In this document: positions 30,889 to 40,383 of the stretch, piece after piece
Layout: each line of letters begins with the position of its first letter
How positions within the stretch are numbered: the stretch's first letter is position 1
Assembly (NCBI GenBank): GCA_965214655.1
Contig: OZ243965.1
Location: 4,186,431-4,250,430 of the forward strand
Reading direction: 5' to 3'
Origin: Bryobacterales bacterium
GTDB lineage: Bacteria > Acidobacteriota > Terriglobia > Bryobacterales > UBA6623
Length of the DNA stretch: 64,000 bases
Notes under the pieces: generated by a model
The model's database searches: none
The model's input: only the letters and a program-made list of their open reading frames with translations
Told to the model about the DNA's origin: nothing
Translations under genes and position numbers: made by a program

Positions 30889-31799
30889 TGGACCACGAGA
30901 CGGCCGGCGACCCGGTCAGCGGCCTGAAGTGGACACGCCGAACGACCGCCAAGGTCGCCGACCAACTGGGCGCGCTCGGCATCGACGTCTGCCCCCGGAC
31001 GGTCGCTCGACTGCTCAAAGCGATGGGCTATTCGCTGCGCGTCAACCACAAGAAGCTCGCCGGCGCTTCCCATCCGAGGCGCGACGATCAGTTCCGGCAC
31101 ATCGCCGACCTGCGCGAGCGTTGCGCCGCCGACAACGTCCCGGTCATCAGCGTCGATACCAAGAAGAAGGAACTCGTCGGCGCGTTCCGAAATCCCGGCG
31201 CCAAGTGGGACCGCAGTCCCGAACAGGTCAAGGACCACGACTTCCGCTCCGATGCCGAGGGCCTCGCCGTCCCCTACGGCATCTACGACCCGCGGGCCAA
31301 CGCCGGCACCGTCTTCGTCGGCCAGACCGCCGACACCCCGGCGTTCGCCGTCGACTGCATCGAGAAATGGTGGCGCACCCAAGGCTGCAAGCACTATCCC
31401 GAGGCCAACGCGCTGCAGATCCTGGCCGACGGCGGCGGCAGCAACAGTTGCACGGCGCGCGCCTGGAAATTCAACCTGCAACACCGCCTCTGCAACCGGC
31501 ACGGCTTGCGCGTGACCGTGGCCCACTACCCGCCGGCCACCTCGAAGTGGAATCCCATCGAACACCGCATGTTCTGCGAGGTCACCAAGAACTGGGCGGG
31601 CCGCCCGCTGGACAGCTACGAGACCATCCTGAAATACCTGCGCACCACACGCACCGCCACCGGACTGCGCGTGCGTGCACACCTGGTGCGAAAGACCTAC
31701 AAGACCGGCGTCAAGGTCACCGATGAGGAAATGCAGGAGCTACGCATCACACCCGACAGCTCAATGCCCAAATGGAACTACACCATCGAACCCATGTAA
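30885..31799 (+). CDS. ISAzo13 DDE transposase (likely fused to ORF1 by -1 frameshift)
   Basis: TAGDP, ISVDTKKKELVG, ILADGGGSN, HYPPATSKWNPIEHRMF, WNYTIEP. Confidence 0.92.
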   Translation: MMDHETAGDPVSGLKWTRRTTAKVADQLGALGIDVCPRTVARLLKAMGYSLRVNHKKLAGASHPRRDDQFRHIADLRERCAADNVPVISVDTKKKELVGAFRNPGAKWDRSPEQVKDHDFRSDAEGLAVPYGIYDPRANAGTVFVGQTADTPAFAVDCIEKWWRTQGCKHYPEANALQILADGGGSNSCTARAWKFNLQHRLCNRHGLRVTVAHYPPATSKWNPIEHRMFCEVTKNWAGRPLDSYETILKYLRTTRTATGLRVRAHLVRKTYKTGVKVTDEEMQELRITPDSSMPKWNYTIEPM

Positions 31800-31832
31800 C
31801 AAAAACGGAAACTATTTTTGCGCCGGCCCTAA

Positions 31833-31958
31833 GGAAGGTCTGAATAAATAGCGGCAAGCAGGGGGGATTTGTCCTACTGGAGTTTTAGGGTAGATGTAGC
31901 CGATAGGAGGAGGAAGGATGCATCAGCGGAGCCTTGCGGATATGGAGTAGGAGGCAAG
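31833..31958 (+). mobile_element. Truncated second IS5 copy (left end only)
   Basis: GGAAGGTCTGAATAA IR and leader similar to 28691 onward; ATG CAT CAG CGG AGC...GAG TAG, cut by the IS3 end. Confidence 0.85.
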
Positions 31959-32350
31959 TGAAGTGGTCTCGGTTGTTTGGACAGTTCGAGGGCTGCGATA
32001 AGGTGTATTCCGGTTGCAGAGTCACGCCCTCGTCTTCCCGATTGATCATAGCCAAGATGACGATGCGCTGTGGGAGTATGGAAATCTTGCGGCCCCGGCG
32101 CAGGCATGGTCGGCAGCGCTCGCTGGCGAGATTTCCAAGGGCCTGTGGCCGCCCGCTTCGCCGACCTTCAGGTTCAGCGCGACGTCGAGACCGGGCGTCC
32201 ATAGGCCCGGCGCTTCTACAGCGTGCCACACGGATGCGGTGACCGTTCCGATCATGCAATGACCGCTTCTGCCGAGGACCGGCGGCGCTACCACCGGTTC
32301 GCAGGGAACGATCCCCGCCGTGATCGGCCCACGCCGCGGCGTTCGGAGGC

Positions 32351-33163
32351 TCATGCCGCACGCTCCTCGCCGTAGGCTTCCGCCGGCGTGCGTCCCTCAA
32401 GAGCCGAATGCGGACGTACGTGGCTGTAAAATGTCATCCACGCTGCGACCACCCGCTCGGCCGCGAATCCGTCGGCCAACTCGTGAAGGTGCACAGCTTC
32501 GTATTTCAGCGACCGCCAGAGCCGCTCGATGAAGACGTTGTCCAGGCGCCGTCCGCGGCCGTCCATCGAGCACCGGGCGCCCGCCGCGTGGACTCGATCA
32601 GGGAACGCCGCGCTCGTAAACTGTGCACCCTGGTCCGTGTTGAAGATGCCGGGCGTGCCCGCCTGCAACGCCGTCTCCAGCGCCTCGATGCAGAAGCCGG
32701 TGTCCATCGTGTTCGACAGCCGCCACGCCAGCACGTGACGGCTGGCCCAGTCCATGATCGCCACCAGGTACAGGAAGCCAGCCGACAATGGAATGTAGGT
32801 GATGTCCGCACACCAAACCTGATCCGGACGGTCGATCGTCAGCCCGCGCAGCAGGTACGGGTAGATGCGGCGCCCCGGCTGGGCTTCGCTCGTACGCGGC
32901 TTCCGGTAGATCGCTTCCAGGCCCATCAGGCGCATCAGCCGGCGAACCCGACGACGCCCCACCGACACGCCCTCGCGCCGTAGGCGCCGCGCGATCTGCC
33001 GGCTGCCGTAGAACGGATACTCCAGCGACAAGGCGTCGACCTGGCGCATCAACGCCAGACTCTCCAAACTCTCCCCGCGTGGCGGGTAGTACACCGACGA
33101 GCGGCTGATGCCGAGCAACACGCACTGACGGCTGATGCTCAACGCCTCGTCGCGGTCGACCAT
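32351..33163 (-). CDS. IS3 transposase OrfB
   Basis: YGSR, WCADITYI, FNTDQGAQFTS, DNVFIERLWRSLKYE, RPHSAL. Confidence 0.93.
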   Translation of the reverse strand: MVDRDEALSISRQCVLLGISRSSVYYPPRGESLESLALMRQVDALSLEYPFYGSRQIARRLRREGVSVGRRRVRRLMRLMGLEAIYRKPRTSEAQPGRRIYPYLLRGLTIDRPDQVWCADITYIPLSAGFLYLVAIMDWASRHVLAWRLSNTMDTGFCIEALETALQAGTPGIFNTDQGAQFTSAAFPDRVHAAGARCSMDGRGRRLDNVFIERLWRSLKYEAVHLHELADGFAAERVVAAWMTFYSHVRPHSALEGRTPAEAYGEERAA

Positions 33164-33183
33164 CTCCAGGCGTTCGACCCGGC

Positions 33184-33471
33184 TCAGCGTTGGAACCCGC
33201 GCAGAAAAAAATCCCGCTCCACCGTCAACTCGCCGATCTTCGCGTGCAGATCCCGGATTGTCGCCTCGTGCTCCGATTGGCGAGATGCTCTGCCGCCCCC
33301 GAAGACCTCGTCCAACCCGTCGATGGCCTGACGCTTCCAGGTACTCACCTGGTTCGGATGGACCTCGTGCCTGGCGGCGATCTCCTGCACCGTCCGGTCT
33401 CCTCGCAACGCCTCGAGTGCCACCCCCTTCTTGAAGTCCGCCGTGAACCGTCGCCGTCGTCTCGTCGCCAT
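33184..33471 (-). CDS. IS3 transposase OrfA
   Basis: RRFTADFKKGVALEAL, VHPNQVSTWK, KIGELTVERDFF with a T-run slippery site. Confidence 0.92.
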   Translation of the reverse strand: MATRRRRRFTADFKKGVALEALRGDRTVQEIAARHEVHPNQVSTWKRQAIDGLDEVFGGGRASRQSEHEATIRDLHAKIGELTVERDFFLRGFQR

Positions 33472-33537
33472 CTCAGTACCTCCCGAAGACTCTGGAATAC
33501 ACCCTAACCGGCTGTCCGAAAAAGCGGGACCACCTCA

Positions 33538-33622
33538 GTACGGCACCTTCGGCCTGCTTGTCACGCTCGTCTGGCTTTATCTGGAGAGCCTGCGCTTGCT
33601 GGCCAAGTTGCGGGAGCGCTGA
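33538..33622 (+). pseudogene. 3' remnant of a Bax inhibitor-1/YccA-family membrane protein gene
   Basis: YGTFGLLVTLVWLYLESLRLLAKLRER* begins exactly at the IS3 end. Confidence 0.7.
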
Positions 33623-33653
33623 TGAGCGCGAAGATGTCGATTCGCGCCTGCGT

Positions 33654-34757
33654 TCAGCAAAATTCCATTGCCGGCTTGCCCAGGATGTCGGCTTTCGGCG
33701 AGAGGCCCAGCCCCGGTTCGCGGGAAGCGGCCATGCGGCCGTTGCGCCTTTGGGGCGCCCCGCCGGCGGTGCTGACGGTTCCGTAGCTGTTGAAGTCGGT
33801 TGTGGAAAAGAGCAGTTCCGGCGGCGTGCTGTGCGCGAGATGGGCGATGGCGGCCGTGGCGATGTCTCCGCCCCAGGAATCTTCGATGGTCATGGCGATG
33901 CCCAGGGAAACGCAGAGATCGCGCGCTTGGCGCGCCTTGGTCAGCCCTCCGAATTTACCGATCTTGATGTTGACGACGTCCATCGCCAGGTCGGCGTGGG
34001 CGCGCAGCAGAGCGGCGATTCCGTCGATGGCTTCATCGAGGATGAACGGGTGGTCGGCATGGCGGCGAATCGAGAGGCACTCTGCGTAGGAGAGGCAAGG
34101 CTGCTCGATATACACGTCCACGTCCTGCACGGCGCGGACGACCCGCATCGCGTCGTGCATCAGCCAGCCGGTGTTGGCGTCGGCGACGAGGCGGTCGCCG
34201 GGCTCGAGAGCGGCCGCTGCCGCGCGGATGCGCGCGATATCCGTCTCGGGATCGCCGCCCACTTTCAGTTGAAAGCGCCGGTAACCCTCGGCGCGGTATT
34301 CGCGGACGCGGGCGGCCATGGCTGCCGGGGATTCTTGAGAAATCGCGCGGTAGAGCGCGACGTCGCTGCCGTAGCGCCCGCCCAGCAGATCGCAGACGGG
34401 CAGGCCGGCGGACTGCCCTAAAATATCCCAGCAGGCGGCGTCGATGGCCGACTTGGCGTAGGGATGGCCCTTGAGCGCGGCGTTCATGCGGCGGTTGAGC
34501 TTTTCGAGTTGACAGGGCGTCTCTCCGATCAGATGAGGAGCGATTGCGGCGATTCCCGTGCGCGCGCCCGCGGCGTAAGCGGGCAGATAGGCCGGACCGA
34601 GAGGACAGACTTCGCCGTAGCCCGTAATGCCGGCATCGGTATCGACGCGCACGACCGTGCTGTCGAAAACCGCTACGGATTTTCCCCCGGACCAGTTGTA
34701 GCTGCCTTCGCGCAGCGGAAGATCGACTTGGTAGACACTGATTTTTTGGATTTTCAT
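33654..34757 (-). CDS. Mandelate racemase/enolase-superfamily enzyme (cis-3-hydroxy-L-proline dehydratase-like)
   Basis: [51 protein letters not shown]. Confidence 0.85.
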   Translation of the reverse strand: MKIQKISVYQVDLPLREGSYNWSGGKSVAVFDSTVVRVDTDAGITGYGEVCPLGPAYLPAYAAGARTGIAAIAPHLIGETPCQLEKLNRRMNAALKGHPYAKSAIDAACWDILGQSAGLPVCDLLGGRYGSDVALYRAISQESPAAMAARVREYRAEGYRRFQLKVGGDPETDIARIRAAAAALEPGDRLVADANTGWLMHDAMRVVRAVQDVDVYIEQPCLSYAECLSIRRHADHPFILDEAIDGIAALLRAHADLAMDVVNIKIGKFGGLTKARQARDLCVSLGIAMTIEDSWGGDIATAAIAHLAHSTPPELLFSTTDFNSYGTVSTAGGAPQRRNGRMAASREPGLGLSPKADILGKPAMEFC

Positions 34758-35814
34758 GCGGCAACCTGACGAGTTTACACACGAATTTACACGCGCAACG
34801 GGGGGCGGGGCGGCCGGCGTCGCGAAGCAGGCCGCGCTGCGCGAGTTGGCGCGGTCGCCGCCAAGGCTGGCGGCGCTTTACGACATTCTGCAGGCGCTGG
34901 AGGCGGACCTCGATTTCGAGCGTAGTTTTGCGCGGCGCCTGCGGGAGCTGCGCAACGTTTGTCCCTTCGATCGGGGCGCAATCTATCTTCTGGAAAACGG
35001 TTCCTATCGTTCGGTCGCAGCCGAAGGAACGCTCGAACGGCGGGGTCTGCCGCTCCGCTTCGACAAGGATGCCGAGCCGTTTCGGACGGCGGCGCAGCGC
35101 CGCGCGCCGGTCATCGGCGGCCCGCTTGCCGCCTCCCTGAGGGAGGTAAAAAGCAGCCTCGCGGCGCCGCTGCATTCCGCCGGCAGCCACGTCGGCGCGG
35201 TGTTGTTGACTGCGCAAGAGGCGGGGCGGTTGAGCCGCGGGCACGGCTTGTTCGTTGGCCTGATTGCCGACAAGCTGGCGCAGACGCTCGTCTCCTCGCA
35301 GAAGCTGCAGAGGCTTGTCCGCGACGCTCGCACCGACGCAACGACCGGCCTGCCGAACGCGCGGGCGTCGTTGCGCAGGCTGGAGCAAGAATTGTCGCGG
35401 GCCGGGCGCGAAGGCGCGGCAGTGGGCGTGCTGTTCCTGGATATCGACGGTTTGAAGCCGGTCAACGACCGTTGCGGCCACTCCGCCGGCGACAAGCTGC
35501 TGCGCGGCGCGGCGCGGAGACTGGAAAAGTCCCTGCGCGGCTACGATTTCGTCGGGCGCATCGGCGGCGACGAGTTTCTGGCGATTCTTCCCGGCGCGGC
35601 TCCGCAAGGACTGGCCAGGCGGATTCGAGAACTCAAAAAAAAGGTGGCGGCGAGCGCCATCGAAGTCGCGCCCGGCGTGAGCGTGAGCGCTGCGCTCAGC
35701 GTCGGCGCGGCCTTCTACCCCGGCGACGGCTTGACCGCCGAGGAGTTGCTGGATGCGAGCGACCGCAGGATGTATGCAGACAAGAGATCGGGCCGCCGGC
35801 GACCGGCCGCCTAG
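34756..35814 (+). CDS. GAF-GGDEF diguanylate cyclase
   Basis: [37 protein letters not shown]; start uncertain. Confidence 0.88.
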   Translation: MRQPDEFTHEFTRATGGGAAGVAKQAALRELARSPPRLAALYDILQALEADLDFERSFARRLRELRNVCPFDRGAIYLLENGSYRSVAAEGTLERRGLPLRFDKDAEPFRTAAQRRAPVIGGPLAASLREVKSSLAAPLHSAGSHVGAVLLTAQEAGRLSRGHGLFVGLIADKLAQTLVSSQKLQRLVRDARTDATTGLPNARASLRRLEQELSRAGREGAAVGVLFLDIDGLKPVNDRCGHSAGDKLLRGAARRLEKSLRGYDFVGRIGGDEFLAILPGAAPQGLARRIRELKKKVAASAIEVAPGVSVSAALSVGAAFYPGDGLTAEELLDASDRRMYADKRSGRRRPAA

Positions 35815-35934
35815 GGCCGCTCGCTTGCGGATACGCCCCGTTGCATCCCTCTTGCGTACCGTGTATGCTATGGCACGGCAGTTGCCGGCCGAGAGACGCA
35901 AGCGTTTTTGGGCAGGGAAGGAGGAGGATAGACC

Positions 35935-37125
35935 ATGGCATCCAATCGCGGAGTGGCGTACATCAAACCCGGGGTCGTCGAGATCCAGTCGATCGACTTT
36001 CCGAAGCTCGCGCTCGGAGACCGCAAGTGCGAGCACGGCGTCATTCTGAAAATTGTTTCGACGAACATCTGCGGCAGCGACCAGCACATGGTGCGCGGAC
36101 GCACGACGGCGCCGGAAGGACTGATTCTCGGCCATGAAATTACCGGCGAGGTCATCGAGGCGGGCAGCGGCGTCGAATTCATCGATGTCGGCGACCTTTG
36201 CTCGGTTCCGTTCAATATCGCTTGCGGCCGCTGCCGCAATTGCAAGGAAAGAAAGACCGGCATCTGCCTCAACGTCAACCCGGCGCGGCCCGGCGCCGCC
36301 TACGGCTACGTGGATATGGGCGGCTGGGTCGGCGGACAGGCCGAATACGTGATGGTTCCTTACGCCGACTTCAACTTGCTGAAGTTTCCCGACAAAGACC
36401 AGGCGATGGAGAAGATCGGCGATCTGACGCTGCTTTCGGATATCTTTCCGACCGGATTTCACGGCGCCGTCACGGCGGGGGTCGGGCCGGGATCGATCGT
36501 CTACGTGGCGGGCGGCGGCCCCGTCGGGCTTGCTTGCGCGCACGGTTGCCAGTTGCTCGGCGCGGCCTGCGTGATCGTGGGCGACATGATCTCCGAACGG
36601 CTCGCGCAGGCGAGGAGCTTCGGCTGTGAGACGGTCGACCTGCGCGCGGACGCCGGCTTGGCGGAGCAAATCGAACAGATCGTCGGCGTTCCCGAAGTCG
36701 ATTGCGCCGTCGATTGCGTCGGCTTCGAGGCCCGCGGCCACGGCAAGGAGACCGTCGTCGAGCGGCCCGCCACGGTGCTCAACGCGCTGATGGAAGTTAC
36801 CCGCGCCGGCGGCGGAATCGGCATTCCCGGGCTGTACGTCACGGGCGACCCCGGCGGCGTCGACGACAACGCCAAGATCGGCAACCTGGGGATTCGCATC
36901 GGTCTCGGCTGGGCGAAGTCCCACCACTTCATGACCGGCCAGTGCCCGGTGATGACCTACCACCGCCAGTTGATGCAGGCCATCCTCTATGGCAAGGCGT
37001 CCCCGGCGAAGGCCTGCAACGTGAACTACATTTCGCTCGACGAGGCGCCGCAAGGCTACAAGGACTTCGACCGCGGGGCGGCGAAGAAGTTCGTGATCGA
37101 CCCGCACGCGATGATCGCGGCCTGA
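35935..37125 (+). CDS. fdhA: Glutathione-independent formaldehyde dehydrogenase
   Basis: STNICGSDQHMVRGRT, GHEITGEV, CGRCRNC, LSDIFPTGFHG, KKFVIDPH; strong RBS. Confidence 0.93.
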   Translation: MASNRGVAYIKPGVVEIQSIDFPKLALGDRKCEHGVILKIVSTNICGSDQHMVRGRTTAPEGLILGHEITGEVIEAGSGVEFIDVGDLCSVPFNIACGRCRNCKERKTGICLNVNPARPGAAYGYVDMGGWVGGQAEYVMVPYADFNLLKFPDKDQAMEKIGDLTLLSDIFPTGFHGAVTAGVGPGSIVYVAGGGPVGLACAHGCQLLGAACVIVGDMISERLAQARSFGCETVDLRADAGLAEQIEQIVGVPEVDCAVDCVGFEARGHGKETVVERPATVLNALMEVTRAGGGIGIPGLYVTGDPGGVDDNAKIGNLGIRIGLGWAKSHHFMTGQCPVMTYHRQLMQAILYGKASPAKACNVNYISLDEAPQGYKDFDRGAAKKFVIDPHAMIAA

Positions 37126-37233
37126 CGGCCCGCCTCGCCGGTTCGTTCGGCAGTCCGCGGTAGAAATCCCCTGGAAGGGGCGGCCTGCGCAAGCGGGCCT
37201 GTGCGCGGCGGCGGGGCAGTCGGGCAGTCAAAG

Positions 37234-37312
37234 TGTGCCGGTTCAGATAGATGTGAGACGCTGCGAGCCGTCGTCAAAGGGCCGGCCCGCTCCTCGAGGT
37301 GAGGCCCGGCGG
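37234..37312 (+). mobile_element. Orphan IS481-family left-end remnant
   Basis: 37234-37260 is identical to the reverse complement of 23709-23735; similarity continues to ~37312; no transposase follows. Confidence 0.8.
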
Positions 37313-37393
37313 CGCCGCCGTTCGGTACTGCGAGCCGGACGCGGAGCGCTACGAGACGGCGGCCCCGTGGCCTGTAATCTCAGGTTGAAAAGC

Positions 37394-37422
37394 TTGACGG
37401 GGGCCAGGCACGCAGACATAAT
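37394..37422 (+). promoter_or_regulatory. Putative sigma70 promoter of the small protein/SDH protease module
   Basis: TTGACG-N17-CATAAT; GGAGG RBS at 37455-37459. Confidence 0.6.
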
Positions 37423-37466
37423 CAAAGTAAGACTTGGCCTGTAAGCGTAATTTGGGAGGACATGAA

Positions 37467-37688
37467 ATGTCAGGCATGAAGCAGCGGGAGAGCGCTAATC
37501 TCTCTGGCTCCAAGCGCCGGCAGGAGTATGCCGAAATGCTCAAGGCTGCGCTGGCCCGTCCGGGCATTCGCGAGGTCATGAAAGTCTATCATGACTGGCA
37601 GGAAAAGGATCGGGGTCTCGATGGGTACCGTTCGGCTGCGAAGGAGCCGGAACAGGTCACAACAACGAACTATACGAGCGCTCGTTAA
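37467..37688 (+). CDS. Hypothetical 73-aa protein
   Basis: RBS-preceded ATG; ends 24 nt before the protease gene. Confidence 0.7.
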   Translation: MSGMKQRESANLSGSKRRQEYAEMLKAALARPGIREVMKVYHDWQEKDRGLDGYRSAAKEPEQVTTTNYTSAR

Positions 37689-37712
37689 ACCAGCGGATCC
37701 GGGAGCCTCTAA

Positions 37713-38693
37713 TTGCCTATATGGAGTGAGATTCTAAAGGAACTGGAACAAACGCAACGACCGGGGATCCCGACTGATTACGACGGCGTTCGCCGGAAAT
37801 ATCTTTTCGATCTCCATAAGCAATCCGGCCGCAACGTCATCCTGTATGCTTCGGGGTGGTTGAAAGAAAAAGCGCCGCCCGCACTTGTTTCTATCGGCGA
37901 CGAAGATATACAGGCGTTCATGGAAGTTAGCCATGGATTGAGCGGCGAAGAACTCGACTTGATTCTGCATAGTCCCGGCGGGTCTGCGGAGGCGGCCGAG
38001 GCGATCGTTTCTTATCTACGGTCGCGGTTTTCTCATATTCGAGTGATCGTCCCGCAACAGGCCATGTCGGCGGCCACGATGATTGCCTGCGCCGCCGACG
38101 AGATCGTACTCGGCAAGCACTCGTTTCTTGGCCCCACCGACCCGCAAATCTTGCTTGCGACGCCATTGGGCGTACGTTTTGTCCCTGCTCAGGCGGTCTT
38201 GGATCAGTTCGACCGCGCCCAGCGGGAATGCTCCGATCCGGCAAAGCTGTCGGCTTGGTTGCCGATGCTGAGCCAATACGGTCCCGACTTGCTGGTGCAA
38301 TGCGAATCCGCACTGGATATGTCCAAGGAACTGGTGGGAACGTGGCTGCAGAAGTACATGTTCAAAGAAATGGGCAACCGTTCGAAGATGGCGCAGGCGA
38401 TTTCCGATTGGCTTGCCGATCACAAGAACTTCAAAAGCCATGGCCGGCACATTTCACGAGCCGAAATCGAAAAACATGAACTGAGAGTGCATCGACTGGA
38501 GGAAGATGAAAAGCTTCAGGATCTGAGTCTTTCGGTGTTCCATGCAACGACTCATACGTTTACCGGCACGCGGGCCGTAAAGATTGTCGAAAACCATACC
38601 GGGCGAGCGTTTATCAAGCAGCATGTTCTTCCACCCGTACCGGCGGTTCAAATTGGTATCGATCCGAACACCCCCGACAAGCCCGGCCCATAG
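37713..38693 (+). CDS. SDH family ClpP-fold serine proteinase
   Basis: LDLILHSPGGS, AMSAATMIA (catalytic Ser), LGPTDPQ, SHGRHI. Confidence 0.88.
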   Translation: MPIWSEILKELEQTQRPGIPTDYDGVRRKYLFDLHKQSGRNVILYASGWLKEKAPPALVSIGDEDIQAFMEVSHGLSGEELDLILHSPGGSAEAAEAIVSYLRSRFSHIRVIVPQQAMSAATMIACAADEIVLGKHSFLGPTDPQILLATPLGVRFVPAQAVLDQFDRAQRECSDPAKLSAWLPMLSQYGPDLLVQCESALDMSKELVGTWLQKYMFKEMGNRSKMAQAISDWLADHKNFKSHGRHISRAEIEKHELRVHRLEEDEKLQDLSLSVFHATTHTFTGTRAVKIVENHTGRAFIKQHVLPPVPAVQIGIDPNTPDKPGP

Positions 38694-38798
38694 AAAACCC
38701 CGCGGGCGCTGCGGTAGGCGGTTGGAATTCATTCCGCGGACGCCCGCCGCGGGGATTTTCGCGCGGACGGTCGGAGTTCGGCGTACAATATCCTCATC

Positions 38799-40082
38799 AT
38801 GCGGCGCGTTCCCATACTTTTCGCCTTTCTTGCGGCAACCTGCTTCGCGGCTGCCGGCGCCGAGCCCGGCAAGTCGGCTGCGGCGGAGCATACGCCCGAA
38901 TCGGTCGGGTTTTCCCCGCAGCGCCTGGCGCGGTTGGATGGCATGCTGCAAGGGTATGTCGCCCGCGGCGAAATTCCCGGCGCCGTCGCCCTGGTGGCCC
39001 GGCACGGCAAGATCGCTTATCACAAGAGTTTCGGCATGCGCGACGCGGAAGCGTCGGCGCCGATGAGCAACGACGTCATCTTCCGCATCGCGTCGATGAC
39101 GAAGCCGGTCGCGTCGGCGGCATTGATGATGCTTTGGGAAGAAGGCGCGTTCCAGTTGCGCGATCCGATTGCCGAGCATCTTCCCGAGTTCGCCAACATG
39201 CGCGTGGCGCTGCCGCCTGAAAGCGGAGAGTACGTCAGGGGGCCGATGAAAACCGTCGAGGCGGCGGGGCCGATCACCTTTCAGCACATTCTGACCCATA
39301 CCGCCGGGCTGGCGAACGCCTACCGCGGACTGACGAAAGATCTCTACGACGAAACCAGGGCCAAGATTCGACCGGGCTGGACGATCGGCGACTACGTGCG
39401 GGAGCTGGCCACGCTGCCTCTGAATTTCCATCCGGGCGAGCGTTGGGAGTACGGTCCGGCGACGGATGTCGCGGGGCGGCTGGTGGAAGTCATCTCCGGC
39501 CGGACTTTCGACGAATTCTTGCAGGAGCGCATCTTCGTTCCGCTGCGCATGACCGACACGCACTTCTACCTGCCGCGCGAGAAGCTGCCCCGGTTTGCGG
39601 CCAACTATCGCCCCGGCGAGAACGGCAAGATCGAGCTCGTCGAGGCGCCCGATGAACACAGCCGCTACGTGCGCGAACCGCATGTGTACTTCAGCGGCGG
39701 CGGCGGATTGGTTTCCACCGCCGGCGATTACTTCCGTTTCCAACAGATGATGTTGAACGGCGGCGAGCTTGACGGCGTGCGCGTGCTTGGCCGCAAGACG
39801 GTCGAGCTGATGACGGCGAATCACATCGGCGATAACCTGATCTGGCTGCGCGGTCCCGGCTATGGGTTCGGCCTGGGCTACAGCGTGGTGACCGACGTGG
39901 GGCAATCGGCGATGCCTGCATCGACGGGAACGTTTGCCTGGGGCGGCGCTTTCTGCACGGTGTTCTGGGTCGACCCGGTGGAAGAGATCGTCGGCATTCT
40001 GATGACGCAGGTTCGTCCCTACACCCACCTGAACATTCGCCAGGACTTGCAGACCTTGACCTATCAGGCGCTCGTGGATTGA
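38799..40082 (+). CDS. Serine hydrolase, beta-lactamase class C family
   Basis: Signal peptide, ASMTK (SxxK), LTHTAG, PGERWEY, WGGAF. Confidence 0.92.
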   Translation: MRRVPILFAFLAATCFAAAGAEPGKSAAAEHTPESVGFSPQRLARLDGMLQGYVARGEIPGAVALVARHGKIAYHKSFGMRDAEASAPMSNDVIFRIASMTKPVASAALMMLWEEGAFQLRDPIAEHLPEFANMRVALPPESGEYVRGPMKTVEAAGPITFQHILTHTAGLANAYRGLTKDLYDETRAKIRPGWTIGDYVRELATLPLNFHPGERWEYGPATDVAGRLVEVISGRTFDEFLQERIFVPLRMTDTHFYLPREKLPRFAANYRPGENGKIELVEAPDEHSRYVREPHVYFSGGGGLVSTAGDYFRFQQMMLNGGELDGVRVLGRKTVELMTANHIGDNLIWLRGPGYGFGLGYSVVTDVGQSAMPASTGTFAWGGAFCTVFWVDPVEEIVGILMTQVRPYTHLNIRQDLQTLTYQALVD

Positions 40083-40146
40083 GCGCGGCGGGCATTATGG
40101 CGGCCGACGTTGCCGGCGGACTCCGGAGCTTTCGCCCCTCCCGGCA

Positions 40147-40383
40147 TCAATCGCCGTTCGAGTGCTGATGGTCGGCGGGCGGCAAGTGCGACTGCAACAA
40201 TATCCGAACATCGCCGTGAAGTGCGTCTATCCGCCGCTCCAACCCGTCAATCCGACCGCCTAGCGACATGTACAGAAATCCGAACAAACCGGCCATCGCA
40301 GCCAGAGTGATTATCAAGTCTTGATGCTTGCCCAAGCCTTCATTATGGTTTTTGGCGGCGCACACGTCAAGATTGGCATGCAT
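40147..40383 (-). CDS. Small TM + coiled-coil hypothetical protein
   Basis: Hydrophobic IITLAAMAGLFGFLY followed by heptads RIDGLERRIDAL; start uncertain. Confidence 0.4.
   Translation of the reverse strand: MHANLDVCAAKNHNEGLGKHQDLIITLAAMAGLFGFLYMSLGGRIDGLERRIDALHGDVRILLQSHLPPADHQHSNGD

Larger units (their letters stand above)
29937..31829 (+). mobile_element. ISAzo13-family insertion sequence
   Basis: Imperfect IRs GGGTTCGCGCAAGAATAACTTCC / GGAAACTATTTTTGCGCCGGCCC; TAA on both flanks. Confidence 0.85.
31959..33537 (-). mobile_element. IS3-family insertion sequence
   Basis: TG...CA ends: TGAAGTGGTCTCGGTTGTTTGGACAG at 31959 and rc TGAGGTGGTCCCGCTTTTTCGGACAG ending 33537; no flanking direct repeat. 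Confidence 0.88.
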
